A DNA stretch of 64,000 nucleotides, taken from Leptogorgia sarmentosa (Eukaryota). Within the stretch, counting starts at the first letter, position 1, and each line of letters begins with the position of its first letter. A model generated the notes under the pieces. That model worked only from the letters and a program-made list of their open reading frames with translations, had not been told where the DNA came from and ran no database searches. Shown piece after piece: positions 39,901-51,900 of this stretch. The stretch spans positions 1,178,001-1,242,000 of the forward strand of contig OZ210884.1 of NCBI GenBank assembly GCA_964658305.1. Reading direction: 5' to 3'. A program made the position numbers and the translations under genes.

Positions 39901-42900
39901 TGGCAGGAATGACATTTTCCTCCAAGTGTGCGCGCGTCCTGAGGAAATAGCTCAGCAGTCGAAGGGACTGCGCATGCGTATTTTATTGTTTTCTAACCTC
40001 AAGATGGCGGCAAGCAGTTCGGTATTAGTTGCTGAAGCCATTCTGGAAGATAAACTAGCCGATATTTGGCCCGACTATCCTTGTTTGTACGATGTACGCT
40101 CTCCAGATTTCAAGAACAGGGATTTACGCGAGAAAGCTTTTCAAGAAATGGTCGAAAAACTTGAGACAACATGTAAGATTTAATTCATTGAAAAGCTTTC
40201 TCGCGTAAATCCCTGTTCTTGAAATCTGGAGAGCGTACATCGTACAAACAAGGATAGTCGGGCCAAATATCGGCTAGTTTATCTTCCAGAATGGCTTCAG
40301 CAACTAATACCGAACTGCTTGCCGCCATCTTGAGGTTAGAAAACAATAAAATACGCATGCGCAGTCCCTTCGACTGCTGAGCTATTTCCTCAGGACGCGC
40401 GCACACTTGGAGGAAAATGTCATTCCTGCCAAAAGTATTCAACATGTTGAATATTTGTCGCCGATAGCACGCGTGGCAGAAATCACAGAAAACGGCTGCG
40501 CACACTAGAGGAAACAGCTTACGCCAACGTTCACGAGTGACGCTCAGCTTAGCTGTTTCCTCTAGTGTGCGCCGGGCTTTAAGCGATAACTGCTTCGTTT
40601 TTACGTCAAAGTCGTTTTGACAATCCACTTGTATTTTGGTCAATATGTCGTGGAAGATTAAATGTTATATATCAAATTCTAAGTTAATTATTCCTGAATA
40701 CAATTTTATTGTAGCTAATAGCTTTTATAGGTGTCACGTTATATATGAGATCAAACAGGTATAGTTTTTTTTTGGGACATGTTACTGTTGTCATTTTCGC
40801 AATTTTGCTAGCGTTGTTTCCGCTTATGTTAATCAGTGAATATTCTTTTTGCTGTTTTGCCGCCGATTTACCGCACCCTCCACGCTAGAGGGTTTACCCT
40901 GGAGTAAATGTTTTTTAGCCCTAACTCACTCATTCCTGTCATGTTTTTAATTAATGTGATGCCAGATCTGATTTCACTTTGTAAAATCTAGTGCTTCAGA
41001 AAAGAAAAAAAAAGTGTCCGTCAACAAAACTGACCTTCGCATTTTGTCCCAGATTTTCGTAATACCATTCCAAATGGACATGTACAAAGGAAAGATCCTC
41101 GTCTGTTGATGCAGCCGTGACTGCACACGCTCTCTGCACACTCATCGATGTCTTAAAAAGAAACGAAAATAAGCAGCTAAGGTAGGCATGCAGTGTTTAA
41201 TAATATCGAACTAGATTTAGAAGGAAAGTTATAAACTAACCACCTAAGCAGTTGAAGAGAAATGGTGTCTAAAATGAATTATGGTCCACTGGCAACTTGT
41301 CAAAACAAGGAAAAAGTGGACCAACGCGTTCATCGTCCGGGAATAACTGCATGATGTAAAAAACTGTTCCTGTCTCAAGTAATTCTTTCACAGTGGATGG
41401 ATTTACATTTCGTATTCTAATTTATTTTGCCTTCATTGAAATGCGCGTGAAATATCGAAAATTGGTAATATAAGCATACACGTCAATGTGGGAACTATCA
41501 TCATTGTCGGTAACACTGGTTAACTCAGTCTGAAAAAGGTAGGCTAAAGACTCTAAAATGGTTGTTTTGCGCCATTTAGAATTTCTCAGACCCGCCCTCC
41601 CCTATTTTAAATTACATAAATTTGGAAATCATGGTGAAGGCATGCCGCGTCGCAAAATCGTGATTCATGAATCATTCGTGATCGATATTCAATAAACACA
41701 GTAGTGATTCTTCATAATTATTTGAACGTTTGGTTGTAAAATGACACAATTTATTTACAGACTAAAGAATTACAGACCAAAGAATTGCCGACAATTCATT
41801 GCCTGGCTACAAAGCATTGCTTCACCGTGACGTCATAAAAAGTGAGCGTTTTTCCGGTTTACTAAGTGCACTTTATCCTCTACTGACTTTGGTAATAATT
41901 TATCACCAATTTGCTTGACATTGTAAAACTTTTACGTAAAAACGTCCATCTGTCCGTCCGTCCATCTATCTATCTACATATATCAAAGCGCCGCTGTTGA
42001 CGCTTTCATTTTGAATAAATTTGTCTATCAAGACAAAGATTTCCTGTATGTCACGTTTCTCGCGCTCAAAACTCAAATTTGTCGAAATATAAATTTCAAA
42101 TTTTGAGGTTTCTCAGTCGACAGACTCACTTAAAAAGTTTGATGGATTCATAATTAATGATATGAAACGAAAAAAAAAGGTTTTGGAGTGTACGCCAAAG
42201 AGAAAATTATGTTTGAAATCTTGCCATTATTGTTGAAACCATGGCTTAATTTATATTGCGCTGGTTATACAAACATTGATGCTCATAATTTTTATGTTCC
42301 TTGTAGTTTCTCAATACCCAGGCATAGTTTCGAAGACAGCAAATAGTTTTGTCGAGACAATAATCGTAGAATAATTTGATTTTGAGAGGAACGCCAAAAA
42401 GATTTCGGGTTTTGAACACATTTCGTGGAAAATACGCGACATAGAAAAAAATTATCCTCTTAATTGACGTTGATCCAGTGTGATCAGGCATCAACAACAC
42501 AACAAGCAAATCATACCTGTGCAAGTTTTTCTGTCATAACTCAGTCTGTATCCAGCAACGCATGAACATTTGAAAGTTCCAGGGAAATCTGTACAATGAT
42601 GGTTGCACCCCGCAGTATTGGTTGCACATTCGTCGATATCTGAGAAGAAAACGCAATATCTGATATGCCTGCTGAATTTATCCAATGGACGATTCCGAGC
42701 GCGTTGTATTGTGGTTTTAGTGGTAGCTAACACTGGTATTCAACATAACGTGGTTGAATGAAAATAATTAACAATCTGGCAAAAATGCTGATGAACTCTT
42801 TGACCCAGGTATAGTGTTTAGTAAATAATGAAGTGGGTAGAATTGGGCCTATGTGAGGTAAACCTTTGTTATCGGCAAGTTTACATTACAGAATTTAATT

Positions 42901-45900
42901 TTTTCGGCATAACATTTTAATTTTTCTAAATCTATAGCAAAAAAATGGGCATTGAAACAGAACCCCCCCCCCCCAGCAAATTGGCTTCTCTATAGCATCG
43001 CAAATTCCCAAGTGTTTTTGACTTTCTTGCTCTTTTCAACCACACAGGAAGGCCGCGCAGTGGAACTGGCGCGAATTGACACCCGGGCACGTGTCTGTGG
43101 GGGTCAGTTCAAATCCTATATTACCGCGATTTATGTTAAGGAAGCCTTCCACTTATATTCCCCGAGCCATGGCGCGAAGCGCCTCCGGGCGTCAGTGAGA
43201 GGTGAGGGTAATAATTCCGTGCAGCTATTTACACCCGGGTAGTGGACAATACAGCAGAGTCTGAAGTCTTCATCAGAGGTGATCTAAAGTTACAACGCAG
43301 CTTCATATATACTCAGGGGATGACGTAATCTGACAACAAGGTGGAGATATTCTTGTGGGAAATAACTGCCGTCATCCTTATTCAGAGCATGATGATTCAT
43401 ATTAATATGCTATGCTTCTAGCAACGTCTTTGACCATAGCGATTGTTAGTGGTAACAATTTTGGAATTTTCCCACGCAATCGCGTGTAAAAGAATACGAT
43501 TGGCTTAAAATAGTTTATTTAAAATACGAAATTTGTGAAAAACAATATTTAGTTTGTAAAAGTTAAAACGTTTCAGAACGTTTTATGCGAATATTTTACA
43601 TAAAATTGAAGTTCAATGGCATTAGTATATGACATATCTTCTGCAAATTAAATAATGGTCAATAAAAACCAGGTTAGAAACTAACATTTTTTGCTATTAT
43701 GTCCTCATCTTTTAAAAGATAGCTATATCGAAAAATATGAATTGCCGTGTCGTTATTATATGTTGCTATAACGCAAGGGAGGGATTGCTGCATGTATGTG
43801 TTTCCAGATATATTACTTACTTTCACATTTTGGCACTGCTCCAGTCCACCTTCCTTTCAAACAAATTATGCTAGAAACCCCGACGAGTTGGTACCCGTAA
43901 TTACAAGAATAGTGAGCTATACTGCCAGCACTTGTCTGTGTCCACGTTCTCACACCGTTTACTGGAGTACCAGGCTCGTTGCATCCCATCTCTGCACAGA
44001 AATATAACAAAATTTGGCAACAGTATTAACTTTAATTTGAAAATGCATAGGTTTAGATCAAGTTTATGAAGAGTATCGTATAGGTGTCCGAAAAATAGAA
44101 TTTTAATACCATGCATATATAAAATGGACTTCATTAATGTTGCTATAGAGAACAATTTCTTATAGTATAGCCAATAGTTCAAGAAATTCTAACAACTCTC
44201 GTGTTACCAAATTTTAAAATATTTAGTATATGTAATAGTATGGTTTCGAGCGCAATTTGGAATTAACATGCACGAGTGTATGTTATCCAAATTGCACGAG
44301 AAACCACATTATTACTTGTTAATAGTTTGTATAAAAAGTATTCGAGACAATTGTAGTGGTACTGGTAACTTGCGTCTCAAAGCGAAATTTCACCTGCATA
44401 GTTCTCTTGCTTAGTTTATTTCACATTTTACAGCGATAACGGTTTCAAAAATTCACCCAAGCACCTAACCTTTGTTAGTCTTGTTTGACATAAAGTTTCT
44501 TCCGTCATAAGAAAAAGATAAAAGCTATATTTTCCACCCGAAGACAATTTTTGTTTTGTTTAGCGCGGCCGGCATGTTTGTTTTGTTTTGAAGAAATCTG
44601 TATAGCTTGAACTCTAATTTGATTGGTTCAAAGTGATAACACAAAATTGCACTGTGATAACACAATATTGCACTGTGATAACACAAAATTGCACTGTGAT
44701 AACACAAAATTGCACTATGATTACAGAAAATTGCACTGTGATTACAGAAAATTGCACTGTGATTTGGGATTAACTGCACTGAAATGAGCCAATCACAGTA
44801 GAGTAATAGCAATGAAATCATTTCGTAAATTGATTAGATAATTAGTATATAGGCAGAAGTATAGTTTCGATCTTGAAGGTCTTTGGAAAAGTCACAAGTA
44901 TATGTTTTCCAAATTGTTATCCCACGAGAAACGATGGTATTATTTGTATAATAAAATGTATAATAGAATCTGTGTCATCACGCTTTCTCATGAGCTTTAG
45001 GCAAACTCTAGCCACCTCAAATATAAAAAATTGTCTTCGGTACTTATGCGCCTTCCAAGGACGATTTGGTCATATCTTCTTTACTTTACAATAATTTCAC
45101 AACCAAACTTCGAAATTTTGCTAAATTTAGGAGGCTTTTTCAAGCTGTGATTATAAAAATCGTATTCTAACTTTTTTTATTGTTTTGATTTTTCGCACTG
45201 ATCCGGGCCTACGGATCAAAGATTTAAAATAATAAAATACATCAGTGCATCAGTGCTATACCTGATTTATATTTGGAACTCACCGTGTCTTGAGATATAA
45301 ACATAACCATAAGAACATGTAATACACGTATAAATGCCTTCCAAAATAAACGATTGCATGCATAATAATATACATAAAAGTATTATTCGACTGTGATTGG
45401 TTCATTTCAGTGCAGTTAATCCCAAATCACAATGCAATTTTTCTGTAATCACTTTGAACCAATCAAATTAGAGCTCAGGCAAGATATTTCTTCAAAACCA
45501 AACAAACATGGCGGCCGCGCTAAACAAATTAAAAATTGCCTTCGAGTTGAAAATATAGCTTCTATCTTATTCTTATGACGAAAAAAACTTTATCTCAAAC
45601 AAGACTAACAAAAGTTACGTGCTTGGGTGAATTTTTGAAACCGTTATTGCTGTAAAATGCGAAATAAACTAAGGGAGAAAACTCTGCCGGTGAAATTTCG
45701 CATTGAGACGTAAGTTAACACTATATACAATCGTCTCGAATACTTTTATGCAAACTATTAACAAGTAATAGTATGGTTTCTCGTGCAATTTGGATAAGAT
45801 ACACTCGTGAGTTTTCCAAAGACCTCAAATAGCACTCGTCCTTCTGACTCGTGCTATTTTGATGTCTTTGGAAACTCACTCATGCATATTTATTCCAAAT

Positions 45901-48900
45901 TGCACTCGAAACCATACTCTTATACCTATACCTATACTAAGTCTAATAATACTAAATATGCATTTTGAATGAAATCTCAATAAACAAATAACATCATGGT
46001 TGGTTTGCGGATCCGGTTTTTATTCATTCCTGAATTATTATATACTCACTCATCCGCTTGTAATAATTCACTCGTTGAATAAAAACCGTAAGCGCTCACC
46101 AACCATGAAGTAATCTCTATGTAATCCCATGCTTTTTTTGCTGCACAGCATGTTCCCGTAACTTTAGAACACTCAAACTTTAATCTGTTCTAGTTTTTTC
46201 CTGTGTGTTGAGAATAAGTTGTTTTGTCAATGCCATATGCCATTGGAATGGTACTTTCGTGCAGCATGCCAATTTTACAAATAAAGCTTTAATCTCGCTA
46301 GTGAAATATATATAAAAATCGGCTTTTACATGGACGAATTTGTAAGCGTGTCACGTGAATCTATATGTAGAATGTTTTGTGTCAACTCACAATGTTAAAA
46401 TAATATTGTCCAAAACAAATGCTTACCATATAAAAATAATTTCTACATAACACATAGCAAACAATTGAAAAGATATGACATCAATATTTTTTAGTTATTG
46501 GTTTTCTTTGATAAGAAAAACTGGGTTTGATGCTTGTAAACATCAAAGTATTTCATAAAAATGCATATACTAGCTACCATGCATAGAGTTCTACAAAGGC
46601 AAGAGACACAATATTAAGTACCTTTTTGACATTTATCTCCGGCATATCCAACGGGACATTTACAGACATATCCATATGGTACCGGAGTACATGTGGCAGA
46701 GTTACTACATGTCGTGTTGGAACAAGAACCTGTAAATATAACGAATATTACATTTGTGTGTAATTATTGCAAAGCGCAGTCTAGAAGTTCCGATATTGTA
46801 AAGTTACTTTCTCTCAATATTGCAGTTGTATTGAGTGATAGTTTTAACAATGCTTCTGTATTAGTTTTCGAGTTTCAATCCAATGAAGTTAGGAAAATTT
46901 TTAGAAATCGATTTAAACAAATTCAAATATACTAAAGAAAAATTACAACGATGCTTCAATCTGTATAGCAGTTTCGAGTGGCTATAAACGCTTACACACT
47001 TATCTTCCAAGACGAAGATTTTCTGTAGCTATGTCACGTATCTCGCGCTCAAAACTCGATCAAATTCGTCGAAATATAAAATTTCAAATTTTGCAGTTTC
47101 TCAGTCGGCAGAGTCATTTAAAAACTTGACGGATTCATAATTAATGTATAAAGCGAAAATAGAAAGATTTTTGAGGGTACGTCAGGGAGAAAAGTACGTT
47201 TGAAATCGTGCATTTATTGTTGAAAACAATGCCTCTGAGTCATTTATATTTCGCTGGTTATACAAACATTGATGCTCATAATTTTTATACTCGTTTTAGT
47301 TTCTCAATACTCAGACATAGTTTCGAAGATAGCAAATAGTTTTGTCGAAACAATGATCATAAATTTTGAGAGGAACCCCTAAAAAGATTTCAGGTTTTGA
47401 ACACATTTCGTCGAAAATACGCGACATGGAAAAAATTATCCTCTTAATTATTTCGTAGTAGTTTTACTTACCGATTTACATCGATGTGATCAAAAAATTT
47501 TACCTGAATGAGATGCAGTGATGTTGGACAAATCCAAAGGAGCACCTTCTGGTTCTAAATGTAATAGAAAAGGTTATTAATAAGTTATTATAAATTCAGC
47601 ATATAGTCATGAGAAAGATACAGCCATGTGCACGCTGTTATTAATTATTCAATTCTAACCCATACAATTTAGAGTTGGGATCACTGGCGTCGTGGCCGGG
47701 GTGGGGGGCTGGTGGCCATGCATGCCATGAACTGATTTGAGGCTTGGCGGGAATTTTGGATATTTAATTGTTGTCGGAAAAACTTGTCGATCATCTAAAA
47801 ATTATTGCTTTTGTTTGGTGATATTAAGTCGCGTTGGCGTAAAATCTGGATTTTGTTCCCCCGGTTGTCCAGCTCCCACAGCGCCAATGCTTGGGATGAC
47901 AAGCAACCCTGCCAGTCTTAGATTAAAGGAAATCTAAGTATGTGTTGCGACAATATGCCACTACACCAGAGACCTTTCTGCACCTTGAGAAGGACAGATT
48001 TGTTGGGTAGCAAATAAAATATGGCTATTAACTAATGTATATACCTTGTCTGCCTTCTTTAAATATTTCAAATTTAACGCACTTACTAAGAGAGCAGCCA
48101 TAAACTTCAACCCTCATTCCAATGGCATTATTCCACGAGATGGGTCTGAATCTGATATATCGAGTTTCTGTATCTATTTGATTCTTCTTTCGTCCTTTGT
48201 TGTTTGTATTGCCAGTGAATGTCTGTCATGGGAGAAATAAATGTTTGGAAAACGTTTTGACTTACTCGTCAACGTAACTCCAATTACCATGGGCGTACGG
48301 GCCAGGGGGGGGGGCACGGGGGGGGGCCTGTGCCCCCCCCAAACCGTTCACGTTTGGGCAATTGAGCTCGAATCGTTCGGGCAAAAATAACTCCATCATA
48401 GTTGATAGAATATTAACTTTATTAGACAATATAACATCAACAATACGATGAAAATTATTATCCTCTAAAACATCCTATATGAAGTATTGTAATTCCAAAG
48501 CTCAAGTATTTCAGATCAAATATGTATTACATAACGAAAGAGGTATAATATGACACCTTGAAAATGCCATTTCCGACGATCTATAGAAACCCATAATATT
48601 TAAAATTTTCTCGCTCGGCGCCAACCATGGTGGCGCCTCGTGAGCTCCGCCCCCCCCCCCTCTTATCTGTCAGCTTCCCCCCCCCCCAACTTCAAATGTC
48701 GTTCCACAGGTCCTGTCGGGCAAACAGTAATGTGCCCCCCCAAACAAGATAGGGCCCGTACGCCCATGCCAATTACTCTGAATACTATCACAGCATATCG
48801 TTCGTGAAATGTTCAATGCAATCTATATATAGTGTATATTATATAATACCTGATTATATTCAGGTTTTTTGATTGGTTAATTATGGTCACGTGATATTGA

Positions 48901-51900
48901 ATAGAAATTTCCATTTCCCAAGAGTGCAATAGTACGAATACTATTGCACTCTGGAGAGTGCAATAGTATACATTCGTACTATTGTACGTGTGTGTTTTCA
49001 GTAACTTTTAACTTTTCAAAACGCTTTTCGGACAGTGATCGCAGTTTATTTACCCTCGATTCTCGACATCAGGTAAATGCGATTTATGTTGTCAAAATAC
49101 ACCAAAATGGCGGCAGCTTGCAATAAACCTTTTGTTATTTTGGTATTATATAAAACAAGGCCTCGTTGAATAGAACATTCCATCTTCCACCTCATGACAA
49201 TATTCTTACCATTTCACTCATAAACATTCATTATTTGTATAATAGTATCTAGAAATTTTGGCCAGTCGGAAAAATCGCACTTGATTAAAGATAAAAACTA
49301 TTGTAATTTGTATTAACACACGTACAAATATCGTAGTTTTACGTTTGGTGATACGATTTTCCAACCAATGACCAGTCGATCGCGCAATAAATTTAGCTAT
49401 TTTAAGAATTGTTCCGTACAAAGTTTCAAAATCAAAAACCTGAAAAACCGTGAGCACCCGAAACAATGAAATTATCAGTAAGAGGAGTTTTGACGAGTTC
49501 AATGAAACAGAGGGAAATATAGACGTGTCAACAAGTTATATAATAAACAGAAAAATTGATGTGCATGTGCTTGGAAATAACAGAATTATTTCTCATGTTA
49601 ATAATGGTAATTGCACTGAGTGGAGTGCAATTTGGTCTGAAAACGCAAACGCGTTTATTATTTACAACAAAATTGAATTCCATAACAAACAATTCTTAAA
49701 CACACTCTACCTCAGACAAAGTGGACCACGAGGAGCCGCTATAACTTGTCTGTATTTTATACGACTGCACCCAATAATCGTGGCCATCAGCTCCTTGTGT
49801 TTCCACCGCTGTGACTTTCATCTTCGAACCAAGGTCAATTTGAAGATACTGGTTTTGATTGGAATGCCTGGGAATCCAACCACCATCGCTATCTGGCAGT
49901 CCACTCACATTGCTTGCCTTTCGTCCGTTTGCTCGACCATGCTGGGCGCTACTGAGTGATGAACGTTGTGAGCTCGCGGTCATTTGGGAGTCTGCAATGA
50001 CTTTACTTTCGACGCCGAGCATATCAATGCAATCTATAAGATTATTTAGAAATTATTGTCATGTACTCATTCGAAAGAATGAGCTCAGCTGGAACTACAG
50101 GACGTCTTCCTATTGAGCAATTTTAAATTTTGAGAAGCATAACTTCTACTTTAAAATCAGAGTTTACATAATTTCATGGTATACTAGCACTTCAAGTCTT
50201 TGTAAATTCAAGGGTGAGTTCAACTTTCAGAATGTTTGTGATGGTATGTATTGATAAATTTAGGATTTTACCAATGCAAATTGTTATCCATGTGTAATTA
50301 GCCGTGGAGATTTTGAACCCCGCCCAGGCTTTATACTCGGACGGCCTTTCCTGCCCTGACTTTCTAAAAAACTAACTTGTAGAACGGGTGGAAATTCAAG
50401 CTTTAATGAGGAATTTTAAGTACTAATTGCAATAATATTTTTATTTATTTAACATCCATAATGGGACGTGAATATTGTTACTGAGAATGGAAAATAGCTA
50501 GTAGTATAATAGTAAAAAATAGTACTTAAATTGGGTCAACCTTCATTCTTAGTTGTATTTATATGGTATTCATAAACGCTTCATGTGTACAAATATTAAC
50601 TGTCTATCTGGTGTAATAGTAGCTCTCTTGTCTTTGAAAGGTCTTGAAAATTTCCAGATTCATTTATGCTACCCTGAATTTAAGCCCGTTAATTTATTTT
50701 CTCGGAAGGGGGCGGGGGAGGGGGGGGGGGTGCAGACGAGGCGAAGAAAGGGAAAAAAGGGGGAGGCACAACAACGTAACGAGATTTGTCCTGGTTGTCT
50801 GGATTTGGTTGTCCTGACCAGCAAAACTGCTGCAAAACTCCTTGTTGAGTGATCGTTTTTTGAAACGCAGACTTGTTGACAAATTGCCCAATCTTCATTT
50901 GTGCATGTCGCTGACTCACTAGTATTGAATCGGTATTATTGTTAAATGAAATTGAACGATCATGTCAATTTTATTTTTCCGCGAATTTGTGCGTACGCGG
51001 TTGACAGACGCCAAGGCGGTAGTGATTTGATTGAACATTGGGCGGAGTTGTTGTGTTGGTGGGCAGAAGGAACAAATCAATGAGAATTTGTGTCAGGCCT
51101 TACTCCCCTTTCCTCCAGCCCCGCCCCCTTCCCCGAAAAAAGATCTTATTTTCAGGGTATATTTAAACCCACATTCCGTAAAGACCTTTTCTCGTCTATC
51201 AATTGTGCGCCATTTTGATATAAATTAATTTCGGTTCTGCACGAATGCTATTCGCGTTGCATTATAGCAATTTCTAGCCATGTAGTTTGATTTCAGGATG
51301 GAAGCTATAACATGTATAATTTATATATATTTTTTTTTCAATGTATGCTAGCTAATTTTAACGTTAAGTATTCAAACTTATAACACAGAGTTAAATACAT
51401 ACTCAGTTCGTAGTAATCAAGACCAGAATTGTCCGGGTAGGAGACAGCGACAGTTTCACGGTTAGCTTTACTAATATAACATGTTTGAGTAGTGTTGTGG
51501 TATTCAAATGATCTGCAGTGAAATCCAGGGCTTATCATGTTACAACGTGCTGCACAACCAACTAAATCGACATTGTGCACTGTTTCATGGTTGTTTGACG
51601 GGAGAACGGCGTCATAGACGGTGGTGTATCCACGAAGTGCATGATTAACTGAAAATGGAAAAAAAGAAAAAACTCATGCATACTCATAATCTACTCTTTG
51701 TCTGAAAAAATATTTGTCACTTAAAACTGAAAATTTCTAATCCCGCCTTTTTAGGTTTAAACCACTTGAATGTCACCTATTCTGAACTCTTTTGCAGCTT
51801 TTCTGCCTTTCTTAAAGCAAACGTTTTACGCCAAGCTAAGTGTATGCCGTGTAACGGTTGCGCATAGTAAATTGCAAATTGGATACTAAACAAGTATTAC

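Larger units (their letters stand above)
38588..40780. mobile_element. Degenerate Tc1/mariner-type MITE hosting three younger insertions
   Basis: Left end TA-CCGGGTGTCTCCAAAAAAACTATACCCTGTTTGATTTCATAT...ATAAAAGCTATT matches the reverse complement of 40717-40779 (AATAGCTTTTATA...ATATGAGATCAAACAGGTATAGTTTTTTTTTGGGACA). Confidence 0.65.

Noticed and set aside
40185..40643. 152-aa and 118-aa ORFs (40185-40643 on -, 39827-40183 on +) as independent genes
   Set aside because: They are mirror images produced by the foldback transposon; only the ~56 codons from ATG 40004 look MADF-like, and they are truncated.
44634..44760. CRISPR-like array
   Set aside because: Units are contiguous 21-mers with no unique spacers, in a eukaryotic intron with no cas genes.
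44525..44821. ORFs with repeated [14 protein letters not shown] heptads (also 5452-5685)
   Set aside because: These are translations of the 21-bp minisatellite in repeat family A; no splice or domain support.
49450..50116. Plus-strand ORFs 49450-49959 and 49859-50116
   Set aside because: Antisense shadows of the F5/8-C exon plus repeat sequence.
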